Positions 10,526 through 18,725 of a stretch of DNA of 64,000 bases are shown one piece after another. Origin of the DNA: Bdellovibrionales bacterium (lineage in GTDB: Bacteria > Bdellovibrionota > Bdellovibrionia > Bdellovibrionales > UBA1609). The notes beneath the pieces are model-generated. The model searched no databases and was not told where the DNA came from. It saw nothing but the letters and a program-made list of their open reading frames with translations. Every line of letters starts with the position of its first letter. The first letter of the stretch is position 1. The stretch is from assembly GCA_041690295.1 (NCBI GenBank), contig JAWLHR010000006.1:1-64000 (forward strand), in the 5' to 3' direction. A program made the translations under genes and the position numbers.

Positions 10526-10605
10526 TCGGAGCGGGGTTTGCCCAGAATCGGGAATACCTGACGCTCAGGCAATGTTCGATTCCACACGTGCACCGCCGCG
10601 CCGTT

Positions 10606-10663
10606 ACTTCTGATGCGGAAGTGCCACTAAGGAAATATATCGCTTTTGCACACAGTCTGACAA
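10606..10663 (-). mobile_element. MITE/IS-end-like element, inverted copy
   Basis: 10638-10663 is the reverse complement of 11909-11934 at 25/26 positions; 10606-10624 is an inverted copy of the ACTTCCG hairpin unit. Confidence 0.55.
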
Positions 10664-10690
10664 TGTGCTGAGATCTCCGCAGCGACTGAT

Positions 10691-11520
10691 CTACGACAAC
10701 TGCTTGCGTAGCAGATTGACGACGGTTTTAACGCGGCCATCATTCTCTCGATGGGGAGACACTGTGGCGTAAATTCTGTGAGCGCCGAAGCCTTCCTTGA
10801 ATCCTTTGGCTTTTATCAAATGCAATCGACTTTTTTCTCCAAGCCTTTGCGGCAAGATGGCTATGCCGAGCCCTTTCTCAGCCATTCGTTTCGCCGTGGT
10901 GAAAGAATCAAAAACATACTCCTGTTGAAATTCATAGCCGGCATTCCGAATATGTTCTTCTAAAGTGATATCGTCTTCGTCGAAAGCATTTCGAACGAAG
11001 AGCAATGTTATCGTCTTGGCGGACTCTATGGTGAGATCATATGTCTTCGTGGAGTAAAATCCAAACCGGTCGGAGTAGAGCGGCCAAAGAGTGAGGCCGT
11101 CATGATTGCGAGGTTCGGCATCAACCAGCAGATCAAGAGTTCCGTTGTTGAGCTCTTCCAGATGGCTGCGCTTTGAATTTGTCCGTAGTGAAAGTTTCAA
11201 TAATGGGAAATCTCTTTGAACTTTAAGTAAAAAGTCAGGCCATAAATACTCGGCGAGACTTTCATAGGTGCCGATTGTGAGGGTGCCGGTCATTTCCTTT
11301 CTGGCATTCGCGCCTCTCAAAGTGGCGTCCGTGATTTCTTTAAGCAGCCGTCCGGAGGTTTGATAGAGAATTTGGCCGCCTTCGGTCAGTTTCATTCCAT
11401 TGCGATTTCTTGTGAACAAAGGATACCCCGCCGCGTGTTCAAGGGTCTGAATGGCTCGTGTGATGGCGGGTTGTGAGAGAGCTAATTCCTGAGATGCGGA
11501 ACTGATGGAGCCTCTTTGTA
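10691..11520 (-). pseudogene. LysR-family transcriptional regulator, apparently missing its first HTH helix (5'-truncated)
   Basis: GSISSASQELALSQPAITRAIQTLE..LFTRNRNGMKLTEGG plus substrate-binding domain. Residues upstream of VQRG do not look like LysR and overlap a divergent gene fragment. Confidence 0.7.
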
Positions 11521-11844
11521 CTTTTAACCGCTTTGTCATTGTTTCCGCTTGCCAGCCAAGCCGCGGGTAATCGGCGGCTGCATTGCCGTTCTGCGAGTGC
11601 GGAGCTCGTATTTCAAACAGAGATGTACGGCTCGCTCGCCATTGGAGAATACACCGTCCTTAACGGTCAGCGTGCCGATTTACCAAATGAGGCCCAAAAT
11701 GCGTTCGGGACCTTGGACTTTTTCAGTCAGGGCCGAATTTTCCGGGTTGAAAATGCGGGTGCGGACACGCCTTTGGAGTTCAAGTTGTTAGCGCAGTTGT
11801 TTGGTGATGAACCGACTGTTATCGAAATTGGCCGTTGTGAGTAG
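11512..11844 (+). pseudogene. 5'-truncated small secreted protein
   Basis: In-frame LFVLLTALSLFPLASQA is a signal-peptide h/c region with no Met or basic n-region (in-frame TGA at 11503); Cys near both ends of the mature part. Confidence 0.5.
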
Positions 11845-11908
11845 TCACGTTGAGAGGGGATTTTTGGGAGTGGGTCTACGATGACAAGAATTCCTTGAGC
11901 GCATGACT

Positions 11909-12045
11909 TTGTCAGACTGTGTGCATAAGCGATACATCACGACAGTAGCGCTTGAGCACTTCCGAAACGGAAGTCGCGGTGCGTACACCGGCAGGACGGA
12001 CTCGGGCTTCCTGCCCTCGCCCTTCGGGCTGATCAGCGCCTTTCG
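11909..12045 (+). mobile_element. MITE/REP-like element remnant
   Basis: TTGTCAGACTGTGTGCATAAGCGATA end, then the GCACTTCCGAAACGGAAGT hairpin and further short hairpins (GCCCTTCGGGC). Confidence 0.5.
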
Positions 12046-12067
12046 TAGTCAGGAGTCGAGCCTAATA

Positions 12068-13129
12068 TCAGGCGAACGCTCCATTAAGAAGATAGGGCTC
12101 CCCGTTCACACGAATGTCCGTATGGTTGATTACGAAATCCAGATGAATGGTCGTATCGAATCGGTCTGGTTGACCGGGATCCGCACCGAGGCCGATATGA
12201 ATGCCGGCGATGGCCTCGTTGGTCGTGGAGGCCCAGTCAAATATGATGGGGCCCGCGGCATCGCTTAGTCCCAGGCCCACTTCCACAACATTGTAGAACG
12301 CATCGGACTTGTCCATAAGCCTTTTGAAATCGCGAGCGATGCTTGTCGCCGACTCGATGGCGGTGACGCGGCCGTTCTCAATGAAAAGTTCAAGGGGCTC
12401 GTCGCGCAGGCGTGCGCCGAGACGGGTGAGCTCCTCGATGTCGTCTAAAATCTCTTGCGTGACTTTGGTCGTTCTGAGCGGAAGGAGATTCATTCCGCCG
12501 CCGTAGGTGTGAAAGCGCCCATTCACCTCGCTGCCCGAATAGAACAATTCCGCGCCGGGAGCAAAACGGATGTCTCCTTCTTGGAGCGGACCTGCGATTT
12601 CCATCCAGGGCTTCGGGCCCTGAATCTGAAGGCGTGAGGTGTAGTCGGGGCCGGAAAGCACATCGATCGTGTATCCACGGTTCTCCGCCAATTTTTCATA
12701 AAAGCTGTTCGCGCGTTGGAGCTGGAGGTTGGGGCTGCATGTAATCACGCGCTTGAGGATTTCCTCGATTTGCGCGGCGGTGTAGCCGTAGCGCGGAAAT
12801 TCGAAACTCATAAAATCCAGGCCCTTTTCGCGATGAGCGTAACGGATGGCCGATTTGTCTTCGGGGTAAAGAGTTTCGAGGCAAAGGTCGAATATCGTAA
12901 GGTAATTGTTTTGCGGATCGTAAAACTGATCGAGAACCTCTGCCTGGCTCTTGAGACCTCGGCAATCGACGGCGTGAAACCGTATGTTTGGAACCGAAGC
13001 GAGGCCACGCAGGAACGCTTGCGGCAGGAGATCCGAGTCGTAGAAGGCGAACAGATGGTGCTCCCGGGCACCGATGTTCTTGTTCAGCAGTTCGCCTAAG
13101 TATTTTCTTGCCTGAAGTTCGTTCAGCAT
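12068..13129 (-). CDS. M29 aminopeptidase-fold protein, crocagin CgnB/CgnE-like
   Basis: APGAELFY, VEVGLG, NEAIAGIHIGLG, IHLDFV correspond to M29 (AmpS/AmpT) C-domain motifs; paralogue of 13810-14823; RBS AAGGAG. Confidence 0.75.
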   Translation of the reverse strand: MLNELQARKYLGELLNKNIGAREHHLFAFYDSDLLPQAFLRGLASVPNIRFHAVDCRGLKSQAEVLDQFYDPQNNYLTIFDLCLETLYPEDKSAIRYAHREKGLDFMSFEFPRYGYTAAQIEEILKRVITCSPNLQLQRANSFYEKLAENRGYTIDVLSGPDYTSRLQIQGPKPWMEIAGPLQEGDIRFAPGAELFYSGSEVNGRFHTYGGGMNLLPLRTTKVTQEILDDIEELTRLGARLRDEPLELFIENGRVTAIESATSIARDFKRLMDKSDAFYNVVEVGLGLSDAAGPIIFDWASTTNEAIAGIHIGLGADPGQPDRFDTTIHLDFVINHTDIRVNGEPYLLNGAFA

Positions 13130-13141
13130 GGCTCTATCTCC

Positions 13142-13813
13142 TTAAGTAAAATGCAGGGTAAAAGTAAAACGGTCATGGCTCGCATGATCCTCAATGCGAT
13201 TCACCCAGTGGGTGGAACCGCGGTGCGCTCTAAAGAGAACGGCCGTGTTAAAGACCGGCCAAGTTTCTACTTCGCCATGAGAACCGTCCCACTGAAACAC
13301 CGTCGAACCGCCGTAGTCTTGCCGCCACTCTTTGGTGAGCGACAAACTGATCACGAGCAGGGTGGGCTTATCCGGCGGACCGGCGTCCGTGTGTTTATCC
13401 AGGAATGAGCCCGGCGGCCAACGAGTGAGGATTTCGCTTCCGAAGGGGCGCATGGCGGTGATCGGCAAACCCGTCATTTGTCGAAGCGTTTCGAGGGAAT
13501 CGGGACTTGCGAAGGCGCGGCCAACCTCATCGAGTAGGCGGACGGCGCGAGTGGGGCGCTGGTGCACGGTCACGTAAAACGCCTCTTCATTCGGCTCGCA
13601 GAAATGGGCGCGGAGATCTTCAGGCCGACCGGTGGGCGAATATCCGCACCAAGTTGAGTAGGGAACTGTCAAAGCTTCATCCAGAATCGATGAGGCGAGA
13701 TGAGGATCCAAAAAGTTCGGTACAATGGCGAAGCCGGGAAGCGGCACGACGTCTACGAAACGTTTGCGAATCTCCTCGATTTGTTTGAGCGTCTGAGAGG
13801 ATAGCGGCGTCAT
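13142..13813 (-). CDS. Fe(II)/2-oxoglutarate dioxygenase (CgnC-like position)
   Basis: HxD (KHTD), distal His (STHWV), Arg (DRFTFT), W..YGG and P.FN..VLF motifs. ATG at 13813 has a GGAGG RBS and an ATGA overlap with the upstream gene. Confidence 0.85.
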   Translation of the reverse strand: MTPLSSQTLKQIEEIRKRFVDVVPLPGFAIVPNFLDPHLASSILDEALTVPYSTWCGYSPTGRPEDLRAHFCEPNEEAFYVTVHQRPTRAVRLLDEVGRAFASPDSLETLRQMTGLPITAMRPFGSEILTRWPPGSFLDKHTDAGPPDKPTLLVISLSLTKEWRQDYGGSTVFQWDGSHGEVETWPVFNTAVLFRAHRGSTHWVNRIEDHASHDRFTFTLHFT

Positions 13814-14823
13814 AATGTGCCTCCGCACTCGAAGGGTTCGCCATTGATCAAAATTTTTGAGTCGCGTGACATCCAGTCGATGTGCACCGCCACTTCGCGA
13901 TCGGGTTGTGACGGATCAGGATCGCCGCCGATAGCGATGTGGGCGCCTGGATGCGCTTCGTTCGCGGGTGAAGGCCAGTTCTCCACGAAGGATGCGCAAG
14001 CGGCGTTGAACCCGATGCCGACTTCGACCACTTCGCGGTAGGCCGAAATTTCCAGTAAGCGGCTCAGAGTTTCATAAAGCGGACCTTGCCCCTCGAGACC
14101 GATCACTTTGCCTTCGCTGATGGAAAAGGTCAGGGGCGAAGACTTTAGCTCGTGACGAAGTTCACTGAGTTCCCGGGCCAAACCCGCGACGCTCGCGCGT
14201 TGTGGGGCTGCCAGCAGCGTACCGTCCGCCGTGAAGCGACCATTGATTTTCGCGCCGGTGTAGGCGACTTCGCCGCTCGGAAGAATGCGCGATTCGCCTT
14301 CGATCAAAGAGCCGCCGAGTTGAAACCATCCGGCTGAGTCCTCAATGCGTAAAACATCATCTTCGCCTGTCTGAATTGTCACTTCGTAGGGCGCGCGTTT
14401 CGCGAGCATGGTATAGAATTCTTCGATCTTCTCGTCCTGACTTCGATAGTTCGAGCGCAGCATCGTTTCGACCAGGCTTTCCAAGTGGGCGGGCTGGTAG
14501 TCGAAAACTTCTTCGGCGGGGAACTCCAATCGGCAAAAGTCAAAGCGCCGCAACTGACTGAGCAGTTTCAAGCTTTGTTGGTGGCTTGAAAATCGTGTCG
14601 CCCAGCAGTGGAGCGAAACATAGTGGTTTTCGATTTGGATACCGCGGGCGGCGACATCGTCGAGGAGCCGGTCCGAGGTTGAGACGAAATGCAGTTGTGT
14701 TTTCGTGCCGGTTAGGGAGTCGCGAATTTTCGTCTCGAGCGCGGGCGCGAGATCTTGATCGGTTACAATCACCGTATGGTGAGGAACGCCATCAGGAATG
14801 TTTAGCAGCGTAGACAGTCCCAT
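13810..14823 (-). CDS. M29 aminopeptidase-fold protein, crocagin CgnB/CgnE-like
   Basis: LPSGEVAY, VEVGIGFN, NEAHPGAHIAIG, VHIDW motifs; ATG at 14823 with AAAGGA RBS. Confidence 0.78.
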   Translation of the reverse strand: MGLSTLLNIPDGVPHHTVIVTDQDLAPALETKIRDSLTGTKTQLHFVSTSDRLLDDVAARGIQIENHYVSLHCWATRFSSHQQSLKLLSQLRRFDFCRLEFPAEEVFDYQPAHLESLVETMLRSNYRSQDEKIEEFYTMLAKRAPYEVTIQTGEDDVLRIEDSAGWFQLGGSLIEGESRILPSGEVAYTGAKINGRFTADGTLLAAPQRASVAGLARELSELRHELKSSPLTFSISEGKVIGLEGQGPLYETLSRLLEISAYREVVEVGIGFNAACASFVENWPSPANEAHPGAHIAIGGDPDPSQPDREVAVHIDWMSRDSKILINGEPFECGGTL

Positions 14824-14825
14824 GT

Positions 14826-16139
14826 TTATCCTTTCATCCAAGTGCCGCGACGGGCGTAATCTTGTACGACAATGAAGTTAGCGAAAACTTGCAGGCCGAA
14901 TCCCATCCAGATCGCGTAGATGCCAAGGCTGGAATAGCGCCAAAGGGAGTAGCCAACCAGGAGCGTAAAGAGAGCGTGTGTGGCAAGTTCTGAAAAGAAT
15001 AGACGGCGGCCCGCTCCGTTCTTGCTTAACGGAATGCTGAGTGAAACCGTCAACGCGTCAAGAGCCATGATTGGCGCGAAAAACCAAAGGGCTTGATGAA
15101 CGATCGGCGAACTTGCGACCTCCGCTCCAAATAGCGGCGCGATCCACGGCTCCAGTCCGAGCACTCCCAATCCGACAATGGCGACTAACGCCAGAGCGAG
15201 CACGAAGCTGGATGCCAGAATCGCGCGAGCGCGAGAGAGGGGAGCGATGCCGATCTCGTGTCCCAGATGGATGGAGCCAGCGTTGGCGAATCCGGCGACA
15301 AGGACTTTCATGATGCGATAGGTGGTGAGGGCCGCGATTGTGGCGGCCAGGGCTTCCTTTCCATTCCAACCGCAGAACGATTGGAAGCCGAAGAACGAGA
15401 CCAGGCCGAGCGCGGCTTGAAATCCCGGCCAACTCGCGAACTTCAGCATTTGTTCAATGTCGGCGCGCGACCACCGCTTGAGCTTGCACCACTTTGGAAA
15501 AGTTAGTGCGAGAATCGCGCTCAAAACGACGGTTTGCGCGAGCAGCGTGCCGTGCGCCGCACCAACAACGCCCCAGTTCAAGCGGAAGATAAAGATGTAG
15601 TTGAAGATCACGTTCAAAGTTCCCATGGCGATGCCGCTCAAGGCGAGCCATTTGGTCTGTCGGCAGGCGGCGAGGTAGCCGTGCACAACAAAAAATACGG
15701 CCATCACCACGGTTGAGAAGTTGAGCACGCGCGAATACGCGATGCTTTCCTGTCGAAAGCCTTCCGCTCCCTCGGGAATGTTAATGGCGGCGAACTTCAG
15801 CAGCGCGGGCACTGAGAAGTGGTAGACCGCGAAAAACAGTGCGCCGAAGGCGAGGCCGATAACGAGAAATTGCGCGAAGAGGTTCTCGATTTCCTTCGCC
15901 GTTTTTCCTCTGCTGATTGCCCGAGTGAGAACGCCCTGGACGCCGGCCGAGAGCCCGAAAAGAATATTGATCATGATGCCGTTGGAAAGTCCGGCAAGCC
16001 CGGCGACAGTCATGGCGTGTGAGGAGAGATGCCCCACCATCGCGGTGTCGATAAAATAGAGGAGGTAGCGAAAGAGATCATTGATCAGAAGCGGCAGCCC
16101 GAGCTGGATTGTTTGTTGAATCGATTTTTTCAATTCCAC
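14826..16139 (-). CDS. MATE-family efflux transporter
   Basis: IDTAMVGHL, LNVIFNYIFIF..WGVVGAAHGT, LGIYAIW motifs and about 12 TMs. Likely GTG start at 16139 after AGAGGT. Confidence 0.88.
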   Translation of the reverse strand: MELKKSIQQTIQLGLPLLINDLFRYLLYFIDTAMVGHLSSHAMTVAGLAGLSNGIMINILFGLSAGVQGVLTRAISRGKTAKEIENLFAQFLVIGLAFGALFFAVYHFSVPALLKFAAINIPEGAEGFRQESIAYSRVLNFSTVVMAVFFVVHGYLAACRQTKWLALSGIAMGTLNVIFNYIFIFRLNWGVVGAAHGTLLAQTVVLSAILALTFPKWCKLKRWSRADIEQMLKFASWPGFQAALGLVSFFGFQSFCGWNGKEALAATIAALTTYRIMKVLVAGFANAGSIHLGHEIGIAPLSRARAILASSFVLALALVAIVGLGVLGLEPWIAPLFGAEVASSPIVHQALWFFAPIMALDALTVSLSIPLSKNGAGRRLFFSELATHALFTLLVGYSLWRYSSLGIYAIWMGFGLQVFANFIVVQDYARRGTWMKG

Positions 16140-16154
16140 AACCGTACCTCTTTG

Positions 16155-16184
16155 AAAAAGGGCTCGGCTCGAAGCCGAGCCCTT
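16155..16184 (-). terminator. Stem-loop / leaky intrinsic terminator between the precursor gene and MATE
   Basis: Perfect 12-bp stem AAGGGCTCGGCT/AGCCGAGCCCTT ending in a T5 tract on the minus strand. Confidence 0.75.
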
Positions 16185-16192
16185 AGTGACGA

Positions 16193-16324
16193 TTAAATAG
16201 TCGTCCATATATCGTAAGAAGATGCTGCCATCGAACGAATGCGCAAACCGCCATAGTTAACGGTCTTCGTTTCTTTATTCGGGCTCTCTTTCTTAGTGGC
16301 CTGAGTTTGGTTGTTGTTATTCAT
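16193..16324 (-). CDS. Putative RiPP precursor peptide, 43 aa: MNNNNQTQATKKESPNKETKTVNYGGLRIRSMAASSYDIWTTI
   Basis: Hand-translated (not in the ORF track). RBS AAGGAGG 5 nt before ATG. First gene of the operon, followed by a hairpin; polar/basic leader and aromatic C-terminus. Confidence 0.8.
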   Translation of the reverse strand: MNNNNQTQATKKESPNKETKTVNYGGLRIRSMAASSYDIWTTI

Positions 16325-16349
16325 AGAATCCTCCTTGGGAGGGCGGGAA

Positions 16350-16366
16350 TTGCAGACCCTAAGCCA
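16350..16366 (-). promoter_or_regulatory. Sigma54-like -24/-12 promoter for the precursor operon
   Basis: Minus strand TGGCTTAGGGTCTGCAA = GG-N10-GC, 25 nt upstream of the precursor ATG. Confidence 0.5.
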
Positions 16367-16491
16367 TCGGAATTGGACGCAAAAGCCTATTTATTTGATT
16401 CTGGTGGGGATTTTGTCCTGGGCGTCCGATGCTTTGGACCAGGTTTTGAAAAAATATAAAATCTCGCGAAGCGGCAGGGAAACCAGAAATT

Positions 16492-16530
16492 AAAAAGCCC
16501 GCTGCCCCCTTCGGGGACACCGGGCTTTTT
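16492..16530. terminator. Intrinsic terminator downstream of tRNA-Gln
   Basis: AAAAAGCCCG...CGGGCTTTTT inverted repeat with internal CCCC-TTC-GGGG hairpin. Confidence 0.8.
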
Positions 16531-16535
16531 AAAAT

Positions 16536-16611
16536 TGGATGGGGCGGCAGGACTCGAACCTGCGAATGTCAGAATCAAAATCTGAAGGCTTACCAACTTG
16601 CCGACGCCCCA
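16536..16611 (-). tRNA. tRNA-Gln(TTG)
   Basis: Reverse complement reads TGGGGCGTCGGCAAGTTGGTAAGCCTTCAGATTTTGATTCTGACATTCGCAGGTTCGAGTCCTGCCGCCCCATCCA: cloverleaf, TTG anticodon, GGTTCGA T-loop, encoded CCA. Confidence 0.95.
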
Positions 16612-16756
16612 TCACCGGAGAAGACAAATTGGACGGATAGAATTCCAATAAGTTTGCGAATCTGGCAAGTGAAAGGTGCAGGGGTCGCTGAAGACGCAAT
16701 GAGTTAAAGCCTTAAAAGCAGGCGATTATGGAGCTGAAACCGATAGGCCCGAAGGA

Positions 16757-17053
16757 TTAATATTCTTCGCGGCGCAGTTCGCTGAGATTGTCACCCATCT
16801 GCCGGATTTCTTTTTCGTAGGCGTCGAAAACCGCTTGTTCGATTTCGTCGCGGGTTTCCTGATTCAACGGATGGGCGATGTCTTTGAATTGTCCGTCCTT
16901 GCGCTTTTTCGATGGCATGGCGACGAACAGTCCTTCATTTCCCTTAATGATCTTGAGATCGCGAACTACGAAACAGGAGTCTATGGTGATTGTCACATAG
17001 GCTTTGAGCCGTTCCTCGTTCACGGGGAACACCTTGACTTCGGTGATTTTCAT
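16757..17053 (-). CDS. spoVG: Septation regulator SpoVG
   Basis: MKITEVKV..LKAYVTIT..FVVRDLKII.G..GLFVAMPS...FKDIAHP; GGAGGT RBS. Confidence 0.95.
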   Translation of the reverse strand: MKITEVKVFPVNEERLKAYVTITIDSCFVVRDLKIIKGNEGLFVAMPSKKRKDGQFKDIAHPLNQETRDEIEQAVFDAYEKEIRQMGDNLSELRREEY

Positions 17054-17162
17054 TGGCGAAACCTCCGGTTGTAGACCTAGGAGATCCAAATTCAGTTCCA
17101 ACGGCCAACTAGTGCTTCATGCCCGAATCTACAGAACCTAAAAATCCATTAACCCAGTCTTA

Positions 17163-17190
17163 CTTTCGGCTAGTTTACGCCGAGTCTTTA
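17163..17190 (-). promoter_or_regulatory. Sigma28 (FliA)-like promoter upstream of spoVG
   Basis: TAAA-N16-GCCGAAAG on the minus strand (spacer one base longer than consensus). Confidence 0.4.
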
Positions 17191-17291
17191 GTTCTGTGTC
17201 AGAAAAATTCGCCAAATCAAATTGATAGGATCTGGCCGTAACGGATGTCTCAAATTGGAACAATCTTCATGTGAGTCCGCTAACGGGCGCC

Positions 17292-18725
17292 TTATGACGC
17301 CCGCAGGGAGACCAGGACCACTCGGTTCTGCTTCATGACCCGCAGGATGTTGACGGTTCCGCCTTTTAACCGTTTGGGAACGTCGCTCGCCCGTGAAACC
17401 TCGGAGCGGTTCACGTCCAAAATAATATCACCGGGAGCCAGGCCCGATCGACCCGCCTCGGAGCGGGGATCCACATGGATAATGACCGGATGAGGCTGTT
17501 TGAGACGGGGTAAATGAAACTCCTTGGCTAATTGATTGGAGTAATCCGCCACCCGGAACCCGAGACTATAGGGCGCTTCAATACCGCTTGAGCGGCGTTC
17601 ACGCGAACTCGGTTCAAACCCTTGAGCCACTTGTTCCGCGGAACCCACCGTCACCGTAAGCGTTTTGGTTTTCCCGTCGCGAATCACCTTGATGGTGGCT
17701 TTTTGTCCAACCGGAGTGGCGGCGACGGCTTTGGTGATATCCCGGGTGGATTCGATTTTTTTGCCGTTGTACTCCACGATCAGATCGTAAGGTTCGAGTC
17801 CGGCTTTCTCCGCCGGCGAATTGGGAACCACGTCCGTGATCAGCGCGCCCTCGGTCTGTTTCAGGTTCAATGCGGCTTTGTGTTCTTCGCCGATATCGGC
17901 CAAAAGCACGCCGATCCGCCCGCGCTTAATCGTGCCTTCCTTTTCCAAGGCCGGCAAAATCGTTTTCACGTTGTCAATGGGAATCACAAAGCCGATGCCT
18001 TGAGCCCGCTGATCGATGGCCGCGTTCACGCCGATCACAAGACCTTGAGTGTTCACCAGGGGACCGCCCGAGTTACCCGGGTTAATGCTGGCGTCCGTTT
18101 GCATGAAGGGGAACAAGTTCAGCTCATCGATCTCCCGGCCGACCGCAGAGATAATCCCTTTGGTCATGGTGTGCCCATAGCCATAGGGGTTACCGAAGGC
18201 CGCCACCCATTCGCCGACTTCAACTTCGGAACTGGAACCCATTTTCACGAAGGGGAGCTTTCTTTTAGCGTCGATTTTGATCAGTGCGATGTCGGAGTGA
18301 CTGTCTTTGCCGATGACTTTGGCGTCAAAACTCTCACTCTTATGTTCATCCAGTTTGACCTTGATGATGTCCGCGCGATCGATCACGTGATTGTTGGTCA
18401 CGATCAAGCCGTCTTCGCGGATGATAAAGCCCGATCCGAGGGATTCCTGAGGGCGCGATGGACCCTGTCGCATGAACTGCTCGAACATTTCAAAGAACGG
18501 GTCGTTATACGGCAGTCTCGGCCGGCGATGTTTGGGCAAGTAGGTGGTGTAGATGTTCACGACCGCGGGATTCACCACTTTGGCGAGCTTCACGAAGAGA
18601 TCCGCCGGCAAGGGATCGCCGGATTTCAGTTTGGGCAAAGTGGGAACGGCGGAATCCGCCACCGAGTAAACGCCAAAACCCATGGCTATGGCGAGAACGG
18701 TCGCGACAAGAATCCTCATCTTCAC
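17292..18725 (-). CDS. degP: Do/DegP-family serine endoprotease with two PDZ domains
   Basis: GSGFII, TNNHV, DIALIKI, QTDASINPGNSGGPL, followed by PDZ domains. Confidence 0.93.
   Translation of the reverse strand: MKMRILVATVLAIAMGFGVYSVADSAVPTLPKLKSGDPLPADLFVKLAKVVNPAVVNIYTTYLPKHRRPRLPYNDPFFEMFEQFMRQGPSRPQESLGSGFIIREDGLIVTNNHVIDRADIIKVKLDEHKSESFDAKVIGKDSHSDIALIKIDAKRKLPFVKMGSSSEVEVGEWVAAFGNPYGYGHTMTKGIISAVGREIDELNLFPFMQTDASINPGNSGGPLVNTQGLVIGVNAAIDQRAQGIGFVIPIDNVKTILPALEKEGTIKRGRIGVLLADIGEEHKAALNLKQTEGALITDVVPNSPAEKAGLEPYDLIVEYNGKKIESTRDITKAVAATPVGQKATIKVIRDGKTKTLTVTVGSAEQVAQGFEPSSRERRSSGIEAPYSLGFRVADYSNQLAKEFHLPRLKQPHPVIIHVDPRSEAGRSGLAPGDIILDVNRSEVSRASDVPKRLKGGTVNILRVMKQNRVVLVSLRAS

Noticed and set aside
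16140..16208. ATG-16208 N-terminal extension of the MATE ORF
   Set aside because: Runs through the hairpin and the end of the precursor gene; GTG 16139 has its own RBS.
16387..16596. 69-aa ORF
   Set aside because: Overlaps tRNA-Gln and its terminator.
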